From: Thermodesulfobacteriota bacterium
GTDB lineage: Bacteria > Desulfobacterota > Desulfobacteria > Desulfobacterales > SURF-7
Reading direction: 5' to 3'
Length of the DNA: 64,000 nt
Assembly (NCBI GenBank): GCA_049320885.1
Contig: JBMORA010000063.1
Location: 137,737 to 201,736, forward strand
The translations under genes were made by a program, and so were the position numbers. Under the pieces are notes generated by a model. It was not told where the DNA came from and made no database searches. It saw only the letters and a program-made list of their open reading frames with translations. Of the stretch, positions 19,951 to 27,964 are shown piece after piece (position 1 is the stretch's first letter; each line of letters starts with the position of its first letter).

Positions 19951-21243
19951 TCAATTGCTGTAGGATGCGGAAATATAGACCCGGAGGTTCTGGATATCCG
20001 CATCCTGTATCACCGGGGTACTACTGATGGCCTGGGCCTCGCCCGCGCCGAATGCGTAAGAGACCCCCAGGGTAACGCTCGTCAGCCGGTGGAACAGGGT
20101 GTAGCTCAGACTCAGTCCGTAAATGTCGATATGCTCTTCCTGGTTGACTTTCCCGGACTCCAGATCCGGCGTGTTGGCGAAATCCGTGTAGAATCCCGCC
20201 CGGACGGCCATGTCGTCCCGGAAATAATATTCAGTGCCCAGAAAGACGTTGCACACGGACTCCTTTTCATCCGCCGAGCTGTGCCAGCCCACATCGCCCG
20301 AGAACAACAGGCTGGGGGAAACGAAATAGGCGGCGCCGAATGTCAGGCTCACGGGCAGGGTCGGTTTGTCGCTGGTATTTTCGCTCTTGAAATAGATCGT
20401 GTCCGGATCGCTGAAATCATAGCTCAGCCCGTCGATATTGACCGGCTGCGCCGCCGCCGTGTTCCGGTAGATGTCATGCCGGGTGGTCTCGTTGTTGAGC
20501 ACAACCACCTGGGACATGGAAAGCCCCAGGGCCAGTTTTTCCATGGGTTCCCAGATGGCGCCCAGGGAAGGTCTGATACCCCAGTCGTTGCGGGTTTCAT
20601 AATAATTGATCAGAATATGCTGCCCCTGGTTGAACTGGATCAACTGGTTGCGGATGATTTCCCGATCCCTGAAATAGGCGTATACCGTCGCCCCCATGGC
20701 CAGGGAATCGGAAAAGCGGTAGGCGTAGGAGGGTCCGAACAGATAGGTCCGGTCACTGTCGTTGATGTTGATCATGACGGTATCCGCCGGGTTGTCGGCG
20801 AATTCCGTGCGGATATCCTGGAAATACTGTTTCTGGCGGCGCTGGATGGAATCCGTCACCGCATAGGACATACCGAGCATGCCGTTGCCCCCGAACTGCC
20901 GCACCAGACCGAAAAAATTCGGCAGCAGGCTGGAAGACACCTGCTCCCAGTCCTGGGTCCCGCCGTCGGTTCCGGTCAGCACGTCCCGATAGGTCTTGAC
21001 CTCCGAATTATAGGCGTTCACACTGGCGGAAAGGCTGAGATTCGGCGCAAAGGCAATGCCCGCGGGATTGTAAAAGCAACCCGCGGGATCATCCGCCAGC
21101 GCCGTGTAGGCCCCTCCCATTCCAGCAGCCCGGTCGCCGATGATCATGTTGACGTAATGCTGCTCGTCCGCGACCGAAACGCTTGACGCCAGGAGCCACA
21201 GCAAGCCGGACACCATCCATTTTCTAGTGGATAACATTTTCAT
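19951..21243 (-). CDS. outer-membrane beta-barrel protein (FadL/PorV-like)
   Basis: It has a signal peptide (LLWLLASSVSVADE) and the N-terminal motif GDRAAGMGGAYTALADDPAGCFYNPAGIAF, typical of FadL/PorV-type barrels. Alternating beta-strand patterns run to the C-terminus. The ATG at 21243 follows GGAGAGG. Confidence 0.6.
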   Translation of the reverse strand: MKMLSTRKWMVSGLLWLLASSVSVADEQHYVNMIIGDRAAGMGGAYTALADDPAGCFYNPAGIAFAPNLSLSASVNAYNSEVKTYRDVLTGTDGGTQDWEQVSSSLLPNFFGLVRQFGGNGMLGMSYAVTDSIQRRQKQYFQDIRTEFADNPADTVMININDSDRTYLFGPSYAYRFSDSLAMGATVYAYFRDREIIRNQLIQFNQGQHILINYYETRNDWGIRPSLGAIWEPMEKLALGLSMSQVVVLNNETTRHDIYRNTAAAQPVNIDGLSYDFSDPDTIYFKSENTSDKPTLPVSLTFGAAYFVSPSLLFSGDVGWHSSADEKESVCNVFLGTEYYFRDDMAVRAGFYTDFANTPDLESGKVNQEEHIDIYGLSLSYTLFHRLTSVTLGVSYAFGAGEAQAISSTPVIQDADIQNLRVYISASYSN

Positions 21244-22054
21244 GGAACCTCTCCGCAACCGTTGCGTTTTTCATCTGCGCCAGGCCGCCCGCTGTCAGCA
21301 CCGCATCCATTGCCGCGAATCTGACCCGATGAAGCGGGTAATCTCCCTGGTAGTTCCGATCCTCGACCTCAAACCGCCCGGCCTCCGTCAGGAATTGCTT
21401 GAGGGCGGCGGGATCGTATCCAGCCGAGGCCGCCATGAGCATGCCGATACGATCGGCCTCGATTTCATCCGTCACCTTATACCCTTCCCGGAACAGAATG
21501 TCGGCGGCCCGGTCCATGGCCTGCTCCAGGGACTTCACGGCGCCGCCGGTGGCGCCGCCGATCAGGCCGGCAATACCGGCCACGGCCGAACGGTCTTCTC
21601 CTTTGATATTCAACTCCCGAATGACGTGCCGCTCCGTAATATGGGCGATTTCATGCCCCAGCACACCGGCCAGCTGGGCTTCGTTGGCCATTTTCAGCAA
21701 CGCTCCCCGGGTGATGAACACATACCCGCCCGGAGCCGCATAGGCATTGATATCATCGGAAGCAAGCACCCCGAAATAATAGATCAGTTCCGGCCGTCCG
21801 GAATGCAGGGCCGTGGCCCGGCCCACCAGGTTGACATAGCGGTTCAGTTCCGTATCCTCATCCAGGCCGTAGGCGCCGAGGATCCTGGCCGCCAGTTCCC
21901 GTCCGAAGAGGATCTCCGCCTCGATGGCTTCCGCCTCCCCGGAACTTTGGGCCATGCTCGAAATCCGTTTCCGCCCGTCACCGGCAACGGCGGGGATGGT
22001 CGGAAGCCAGACGATCAGCAGTAAAATCGACATCCAGTTACCGGTGCGTTTCAT
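21224..22054 (-). CDS. secreted M48-family zinc metalloprotease
   Basis: It has a signal peptide, the HEIAHITERH (HEXXH) motif and a downstream EIEADRIG third-ligand region. It lacks the multi-TM HtpX architecture. Confidence 0.8.
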   Translation of the reverse strand: MKRTGNWMSILLLIVWLPTIPAVAGDGRKRISSMAQSSGEAEAIEAEILFGRELAARILGAYGLDEDTELNRYVNLVGRATALHSGRPELIYYFGVLASDDINAYAAPGGYVFITRGALLKMANEAQLAGVLGHEIAHITERHVIRELNIKGEDRSAVAGIAGLIGGATGGAVKSLEQAMDRAADILFREGYKVTDEIEADRIGMLMAASAGYDPAALKQFLTEAGRFEVEDRNYQGDYPLHRVRFAAMDAVLTAGGLAQMKNATVAERFHENVIH

Positions 22055-22628
22055 GGGCCGTCCCTTCCTGTAAAAACATCAGCGCCTGGCTTTCGGTGAT
22101 GTCCACCGATTCCATTTTTTCCAGGGCCTCATAATCCAGCCGGTGCCCGGAGTGAATCCGCAGGCGGTTTTCCCTCAACCCCCTGGCCGCCGCCACGGAG
22201 GAATAGGCCGAGGATCTTCGCCGGGATCGGTCGGAAAACAATTTATATTTATTCAGCAGGGACGTGAAGGCGCCGTATATATCCCGCTTTTTCACCGGCG
22301 GCTTGACCGCCACCTGGAAGGAATAGATCCATCCGGACCGGCCTTGATGGGACACCTGATGCCAGTATTCCGCTTTTTTGAGGCCGGAGATCCGGGTACC
22401 CTGTTTCAGTTCAAACAGCTTTTCGGAACCGGTATCCGGCATCAGGTAGACCTGGGCCTTGACGCTGGCGACATACAGATCGTAAGCATTACACCGGGGC
22501 GGCGGCAACGCCGTCATGGCAGCCACGACCGCAGCCATGAGGATCAATTGGGGATATGCCGCCCCCCCCTTGCGGATTGGCCGGTCATTTTGCCGGTCAT
22601 TTTGCCATTCATTTTGATTGATGCGCAT
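22038..22628 (-). CDS. exported SH3-like domain protein
   Basis: The proposed start is MRINQNEWQNDRQNDRP... at 22628. A hydrophobic segment (LILMAAVVAAMTAL) follows, then an SH3_3-like segment (VKAQVYLMPDTGSEKLFELKQGTRISGLKKAEYWHQVSHQGRSGWIYSF). The track ORF to 22934 would overlap the cyclase gene by about 330 nt. Confidence 0.45.
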   Translation of the reverse strand: MRINQNEWQNDRQNDRPIRKGGAAYPQLILMAAVVAAMTALPPPRCNAYDLYVASVKAQVYLMPDTGSEKLFELKQGTRISGLKKAEYWHQVSHQGRSGWIYSFQVAVKPPVKKRDIYGAFTSLLNKYKLFSDRSRRRSSAYSSVAAARGLRENRLRIHSGHRLDYEALEKMESVDITESQALMFLQEGTAHETHR

Positions 22629-24789
22629 AGAACCCGTCCCAATCCTCCGGCGGAGGATTTTCCAGATAGTGTCGACACCGCGCAATAAAAAGTTCCGCCG
22701 GGACATCCCGGGGACGGAGGGCCCGAATCCGCTCATACGTCGCAATCGCTTCCGGAAACCGACGTTCGCGGTACTGCGAGAACGCCTGCTCGGAAAGCGC
22801 GACCACCGTCCGGAGCTCCGGGTCCACGGAGCCGGTTTCATCCAGAACTTCAAAAATGGCGATGGGTTTTCGCTTGCCCTTGACTTTGACGTAATCCGCC
22901 AGCCGGCAGACGATGCGATCCTTGATCCGGTCATGGGTGTCCTGGCTGACCAGGATGGTGCAGCCGTAGGTCTTGGTAAGGCCTTCCAGCCGCGAGGTCA
23001 GATTGACGCTGTCGCCGATCACCGTATAGTCCAGCTTTTTTTCCGAGCCGATGTTCCCCAGGATCACTTCCCCCGTATGGATCCCGATGCCGATCTTCAG
23101 GGGCGGCATTCCTTCGGCCTCGTTTTCCCGGTTCAGTTCCTCCAGGGCCCGGCGCATCTGCAATGCCGATAGGACCGCCCTGTGAGCGTGATCTTCGATT
23201 TTCACCGGCGCCCCCCAGAAGGCCACAATGGCGTCGCCGATGAATTTATCCAGGGTTCCCTGGTGCTCGAAAATGATGGCCACCATTTTGGACAGGTAAC
23301 GGTTCAGCAGGGCCACCACCATTTCCACCTGGTGGGTTTCGGAAATCGAAGTGAAACCCCGGATATCGGAAAAAAAGACCGTCAGTACTTCCTTGGAGCC
23401 CACCTCGGCCCGGAAATAGTCTTCCTTGTAGTGTTCCAGCACATCCCGGAGCATGGCGGGCGAAACATACTGACCCAGAATATTGCGGATCCGCCTTCTT
23501 TCCCGGCCCTCGGTGGCCATGGTAAAGACAAATCCGGAGATATAAGCCGACAGAAAGGCGACGGATGGCGCCGTTACGTTCATTACCCAGTTCCTTCGGA
23601 ACAGGTACAGACACACCCCGTAAAACAAGGCCATCACCAGAACCGGAACCACCGCCCGCAGGGTAACATTGCGGAAGAACAACACTGCCCACAGCGTCAA
23701 CGCCGCCGCCAACAATACCGTCGGCGCGGTGATGGGAAAAGCGGCAAACCGCAGGAAATCTCCGGTCATGATATTTGCGTAAACCGATGCTTGCAGCATT
23801 ACGCCCGGCAATATCGACCCCAGGGAGGTCATTTTCAGATCCTGGGCGCCCGCGGCGCTGGCACCCACGAAAACGGTTTTGCCCTTGAATTCCTCCGGCC
23901 GGAACGGCAGGTCGGTATGGTTTCCCTGATCCAGTTCCCATTTGGTTTTCAGGACCCCGCTGATGGAAAAGGCCGGGTACCGTCCATATAGATGAAGATA
24001 ATATTCGCCGTCTTTCGTCAGGGGAATGCGAATATCCCCCTCCGCTTTCCGGAGAAACAGATCGCCTTCCCGAAAAAAGGCGCTGCGGCTGCCGGTGTTG
24101 ATCAGAGCGGCTGCCAGTCCCAATGAAGGCAAGCGGTTGCCCCGGTAATCGAACACCAGGGCCTCGCTGCGGAAAACCCCGTCCCGATCCGGCACGAAGG
24201 TGACCACGCCAACACCGGCGGCGTGGGGATACAATTCTTCAAAGGGCAGATAATACTGGTTGAAAGGGATCAGCTCGGCGGCTCCCTCCATGGAAAGGGA
24301 AAAACGTTCGGTGAAATCCCGGGGCAGCGGCTCATTTTGGGTGGAATCCGGGTCATCCATCACCAGCTGGGCCGCATGGAAAACCATGGCCGCTTCCCGG
24401 GTCGACTCCGCCAGACGGCGGTCCGGTTCGCTCAAGCCGTCCGCCGCATCGAGGCCGACCTTCTGGTGCTGGGTGAACAGAATATCCATCACCACGGCCC
24501 GGGCCCCGCAATCCCTCAGGAAATCGATGAGTTCCGCATGGACATCCCGGGGCCACGGCCAGCGGCCCACCAGCGGATCCAGGGCATGCAGGGAGGCGTC
24601 GTCGATCAGGACGATGGCGATATCATCCGGCAGGGGGGTTTCCGACCTTGTCAGCTGCATGCGGAGGTCGATGCTCTTCCGTTCGAGGATATCCAGGAAT
24701 CCCGAACCATCGCCGACCATGGCGAGCAGACTGATCAGCAGGATGATCCAGACGCTTTTCGACAATTTCTGTTGCTGGGGCAACGGCAT
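22609..24789 (-). CDS. CHASE2 sensor domain adenylate/guanylate cyclase (class III) with TPR-like tail
   Basis: CHASE2 signatures are present (GRWPWPRDVHAELIDFLRDCGARAVVMDILF), followed by 3 TM helices. The cyclase core contains TVFFSDIRGFTSISE, GDAIVAFWGAP and GIGIHTGEVILGNIGS. Confidence 0.88.
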   Translation of the reverse strand: MPLPQQQKLSKSVWIILLISLLAMVGDGSGFLDILERKSIDLRMQLTRSETPLPDDIAIVLIDDASLHALDPLVGRWPWPRDVHAELIDFLRDCGARAVVMDILFTQHQKVGLDAADGLSEPDRRLAESTREAAMVFHAAQLVMDDPDSTQNEPLPRDFTERFSLSMEGAAELIPFNQYYLPFEELYPHAAGVGVVTFVPDRDGVFRSEALVFDYRGNRLPSLGLAAALINTGSRSAFFREGDLFLRKAEGDIRIPLTKDGEYYLHLYGRYPAFSISGVLKTKWELDQGNHTDLPFRPEEFKGKTVFVGASAAGAQDLKMTSLGSILPGVMLQASVYANIMTGDFLRFAAFPITAPTVLLAAALTLWAVLFFRNVTLRAVVPVLVMALFYGVCLYLFRRNWVMNVTAPSVAFLSAYISGFVFTMATEGRERRRIRNILGQYVSPAMLRDVLEHYKEDYFRAEVGSKEVLTVFFSDIRGFTSISETHQVEMVVALLNRYLSKMVAIIFEHQGTLDKFIGDAIVAFWGAPVKIEDHAHRAVLSALQMRRALEELNRENEAEGMPPLKIGIGIHTGEVILGNIGSEKKLDYTVIGDSVNLTSRLEGLTKTYGCTILVSQDTHDRIKDRIVCRLADYVKVKGKRKPIAIFEVLDETGSVDPELRTVVALSEQAFSQYRERRFPEAIATYERIRALRPRDVPAELFIARCRHYLENPPPEDWDGFYAHQSK

Positions 24790-24928
24790 GGCATCGATGA
24801 GTTGGGATCAATTGGGTTGTCAATTGCGGCAAAGGGCCTGAAACGGCCGATCATCGCCGGACTGGCTTCTGGCTTCTGACTCCTGAGTAGTTATCAAGCT
24901 TCAAAGGAAGATATCGTTTCGATAGCCC

Positions 24929-25693
24929 CTAACACATGGTCAAACCGCCACTGACGCTGATCACCTGGCCGGTGATGTACCCCGCCTCGTCGGAAGCCAG
25001 GAAGACGATGGAATGCCCGATATCCTCGGGTCGGCCCATTCGTTTCAAGGGAATGATCCGGTCCATGTCCGCCAGGATCCGGCCGGCAAATTCATCGGCG
25101 GATCTCATCTCGGCGAACAGGGGCGTCGAGGTGGGCCCCGGGCAAATCACATTGACGGTGATCCCGTTGCGCGCCAGTTCCCGGGCCATGGTTTTGCTGA
25201 ATGATATCACCGCCCCCTTGGCGCCGGCATAGACCGCCTCGCCCAGGCTGCCCACCCTGGCGGCGTCAGAGGCGATATTGATGATCCGGCCCCTGTTCCG
25301 CGCCATCATCTCCGGGGCGATGGCATACACCGTATTCAACACCCCCTTGAAATTGATGTCGATCACCTTGGCCCAAAACTCCGGCGTGGTTTTCACAAAA
25401 GGAACAACCCGGTCCCAGCCGGCGTTGTTCACGAGGATATCAATGGGCCCCAGCTCCCGGTTGATCCGCTTCACCATCTCGCGGACGGATTCGAGTTCCG
25501 TGATATCGGTTTCGACAGCCAGGGCTGTTCCCCCGGCCTTGACGATTCCGGCGGCCGTTTCCCGGGCTTCCTCCGCCGACAGGTCGGCGATGGCCACCCC
25601 GGCGTTTCGCCCGGCGAGGAGCGTGGCGATTCCCCTGCCGATCCCCCTCGCCCCGCCGGTGACGACGGCGATTTTATTCGACAGATCAAACAA
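24929..25693 (-). CDS. short-chain dehydrogenase/reductase, BadH (2-hydroxycyclohexanecarboxyl-CoA dehydrogenase)-like
   Basis: It contains TGGARGIGRGIA, NNAGWDRVVPF and IASDAARVGSLGEAVYAGAKG (YxxxK). From memory it is very similar to BadH-type SDRs. Substrate assignment is not possible from sequence alone. Confidence 0.75.
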   Translation of the reverse strand: MFDLSNKIAVVTGGARGIGRGIATLLAGRNAGVAIADLSAEEARETAAGIVKAGGTALAVETDITELESVREMVKRINRELGPIDILVNNAGWDRVVPFVKTTPEFWAKVIDINFKGVLNTVYAIAPEMMARNRGRIINIASDAARVGSLGEAVYAGAKGAVISFSKTMARELARNGITVNVICPGPTSTPLFAEMRSADEFAGRILADMDRIIPLKRMGRPEDIGHSIVFLASDEAGYITGQVISVSGGLTMC

Positions 25694-25728
25694 ATTCCAA
25701 TTCCCGTGATGTTTCGATCAGACGGCCG

Positions 25729-26469
25729 TCAGGCGTTGTCGCTGCCGTAGTCCTTCAAGATCCGGGCAACATAGTTCCGCGTCTCTTTGGGCAGGCCGCC
25801 CTCGCTGTTTTCCAGATTGCCCATGCCCCAGTTATAGGCGGCCAGGGCCATTTTCACATCTCCGCCGTAACGGTCCAGAAGACCCTTGAGGTAGCGGGTG
25901 CCGGCCATGACGTTCTGCTCCGGATCATAGGCATTGGTCACCCCCAGTTCCCGGGCCGTTTCGGGCATGAGTTGCATGAGCCCCATGGCCTTTTTGGGCG
26001 AGGTGGCCTCGGTGTCAAAACCGCTCTCGGCCCGGATGACCGCGACAATGAGATCCCGGTCGACACCGTAGGTCGCGGAGGCCTTGTCGATGACCGCGTC
26101 CAGGGATTCGTTCTTCACGGGGCTCCTGCAGGTCGCCGGGTGGTATCCGTTACCGGTTTCCACGGCCGGGCGTCTGCCGACATCGGCCATGGGAATCGCG
26201 AAAGCCGGCTCCGCCGTCGAAAGGTCACCCTCTTCCTCCGCGAAGGCCTGGAGGATCGCTTCATTCATTTGGGAGCGGATCACCTCCAGCCGGGCGGCAA
26301 GCCATTTGGCGTCCGTGGGCGCTTCCCCGCCGGCGCTTTCCAGGGCAGCATTTTTCAGCAGGGTCGCGAATTCAACCGCCCCCGGAAGGGTGTTCCGGGC
26401 TCCCGGGCGGTTCCCCGGCAATAGATTCCGGATACCGCGACCCTGGATTTCCGGTGACGATACTTTCAT
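25729..26469 (-). CDS. lytic transglycosylase (SLT domain) protein
   Basis: The SLT catalytic region contains VIRAESGFD, AMGLMQLMP and AAYNWG. The ATG at 26469 (MKVSS) follows AGGAGG. Confidence 0.8.
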   Translation of the reverse strand: MKVSSPEIQGRGIRNLLPGNRPGARNTLPGAVEFATLLKNAALESAGGEAPTDAKWLAARLEVIRSQMNEAILQAFAEEEGDLSTAEPAFAIPMADVGRRPAVETGNGYHPATCRSPVKNESLDAVIDKASATYGVDRDLIVAVIRAESGFDTEATSPKKAMGLMQLMPETARELGVTNAYDPEQNVMAGTRYLKGLLDRYGGDVKMALAAYNWGMGNLENSEGGLPKETRNYVARILKDYGSDNA

Positions 26470-26613
26470 TGGGGCCTCCTGACGGCAGGCTTGACGGGTG
26501 AAAAGCGGATAGCAGATGCCCGTAATATACGTCACAATCCGCTTTCATGTCAAGAAATACATGAATTCAGGATGTTGATGAGCGCGAGAGAAAACCGGAA
26601 CCGGGGAAACGCC

Positions 26614-27537
26614 CTATTGCCCCAGCCAGGCCTCCTTCAGCGCGCCTCTCTCACGCAAGAGGAGTTCGAGATAAACGCATTCCAGAATCACCATTTCCTC
26701 GTCCCCGGCGCGCAGCCACTCCGACAGCCAGGCAAATCGAATGGCCATGACAAGACCGATCAGGTGCCGCATGCCGATCTCCGAGCAGCAGGGAGTGAAT
26801 TCCGCCAGCAGGCTGAGTGTCAGCGGCCCCACCAAGGCGTCGGGAATTTCCATGCCGAGACATCCGATGAGGAGGGCAAGATCATAGAGCTCCGGTTTAT
26901 ACCCGCAGAATTCCCAATCGATGACCGAGACGATCGCTTTTTCCGACCAGATGACATTCAATGGATGATAATCCCCGTGACAAAACACCGTCGGTAGAAG
27001 ATCATGGGCGGCCATGAAAGCCTCCTCGAGATGACAGAGAACCGGATGGAGCCGGGTCTGGAGATCGGGGCGGTGGTCCGCCAGCCGCTGCATGAGGCTG
27101 TAAATAAAGTCCTTGATGGAAAAAGGCGCCCCCTGACTGGAATGGGGAATGCTTCGCCCTCTGGTATGAAAATCTTTTAAAAACCCCGCCAGGGCGACTC
27201 CCCGCCAAGCCTCGAAAGCATAATCCGGCCGTTTCAGGGCCCCGCCTTCGATATACGGCCGGGCCAGCCAGAACCGGCCGGCGGTTTCATGGACAAATCC
27301 TCCCTCCCGGGACCGGCGATACGGATGAATCCTCCCGAGTCCGGCACCGGAAAGATGCGCCAGCACCCCTGCCATCTCCCGTTTCCGCATGAGGCAGTCC
27401 CCCGCGATCTCCTCCAACACCAGCCGTTCTCCTGCCTGGGTTTCCACCACGGAACGCCACAGGCAGCGCTCGGGACTGCCCGCCAAGTCCAGATCATGCC
27501 GCACTTTCTTCAGCGCGGCCCCCCAGCCGCCCGTCAT
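26614..27537 (-). CDS. phosphotransferase (APH/choline kinase-like) family protein
   Basis: It has the kinase catalytic motif FCHGDYHPLNVIW and the metal-binding motif IDWEF. The ATG at 27537 follows GGAGGGG. The track's GTG at 27594 would extend into the repeat. Confidence 0.7.
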   Translation of the reverse strand: MTGGWGAALKKVRHDLDLAGSPERCLWRSVVETQAGERLVLEEIAGDCLMRKREMAGVLAHLSGAGLGRIHPYRRSREGGFVHETAGRFWLARPYIEGGALKRPDYAFEAWRGVALAGFLKDFHTRGRSIPHSSQGAPFSIKDFIYSLMQRLADHRPDLQTRLHPVLCHLEEAFMAAHDLLPTVFCHGDYHPLNVIWSEKAIVSVIDWEFCGYKPELYDLALLIGCLGMEIPDALVGPLTLSLLAEFTPCCSEIGMRHLIGLVMAIRFAWLSEWLRAGDEEMVILECVYLELLLRERGALKEAWLGQ

Positions 27538-27588
27538 AATCCCCTCCAACAGACGCTCCCGGCAGTCCGATGTCACCCCTTCACTTCT

Positions 27589-27800
27589 TCCCACTCTCTT
27601 TCAATCCAAGGACATGATTCCAGTCGACAGTGAAAAAACCTATCCATATCAGTTTGTTGACGTATTTTATTTCTTGACATGCCCGGTTGGCTCGCCTAAG
27701 CTCACTCTGGGACCCAAAGGGCCACCACGAAGAATTTGAAATCCAGGATACCGGAAACGGAAGCCGGAAGCAATTCCAAATTCCAGCTTCGGAGCCACTT
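27589..27800 (+). repeat. duplicated leader element, copy 1 (upstream of P-type ATPase)
   Basis: It is a direct repeat of 30717-30937. The core 27633-27770 differs from copy 2 at about 5 positions in my manual alignment. The flanks are much more diverged. Confidence 0.9.
27674..27702 (+). promoter_or_regulatory. sigma70-like promoter inside leader copy 1
   Basis: TTGACA (27674-27679), a 17-nt spacer, then TAAGCT (27697-27702). The same hexamers and spacing occur in copy 2. Confidence 0.4.
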
Positions 27801-27805
27801 CAACA

Positions 27806-27925
27806 ATCTTATTCCGCCATAAGGCCGATGTAAACATCCGGGCCCTCCGGGGAAAAACCGCGCTCACCAGGTCCCCGGGCATCGGGGCCCTGGGGCTGGC
27901 CCAATGGCAGATAGAGGAAAACCAT
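27806..27925 (+). pseudogene. remnant of an ankyrin-repeat gene (paralogous to 32244-32356)
   Basis: It is about 80% identical by manual alignment to an internal part of the ankyrin gene. It translates as ILFRHKADVNIRALRGKTALTRSPGIGALGLAQW, compared with ILFRHKADLNIRDPRGKTALIKSLESGALELARW. It lies in the same frame as the ATPase ORF, with the nearest upstream stop at 27737. Confidence 0.7.
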
Positions 27926-27964
27926 TTGGAAAAACAATTCGGAACCGGCCAGCAGAAGGATGGT

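Noticed and set aside
19708-21186. A 492-aa plus-strand ORF
   Set aside because: It is antisense to the outer-membrane barrel and lipoprotein genes. The same high-GC artefact logic applies.
27679-27700. Possible sigma54 (-24/-12) element or a 6-codon leader peptide (ATGCCCGGTTGGCTCGCCTAA) in the leader
   Set aside because: The GG..GC spacing is one nt short of the TGGCAC-N5-TTGC geometry. The mini-ORF has no RBS and overlaps the predicted promoter spacer.
27690-27770. Superficial resemblance of the leader to the ydaO (c-di-AMP) or glycine riboswitch cores (CGCCUAAGC...GGGACCCA, CUCUGGGA...CACCACGAAG)
   Set aside because: The matches are short and partly fall in the predicted promoter. The CUCUGGGA segment is not conserved in copy 2 (CUCCGUAA). 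This cannot be called without a covariance-model search. It is kept only as a hypothesis to test.
27667-27882. Minus-strand small ORFs across both leader copies (71 aa here, 95 aa at 30795-31082) sharing ...SGFRFRYPGFQILRGGPLG...SLGEPTGHVKK
   Set aside because: The shared peptide simply reflects the nucleotide repeat. The start codons lie in non-homologous flanks, there is no RBS, and the few nucleotide differences all change amino acids (PRVS versus YGAS). There is therefore no sign of purifying selection on a protein.
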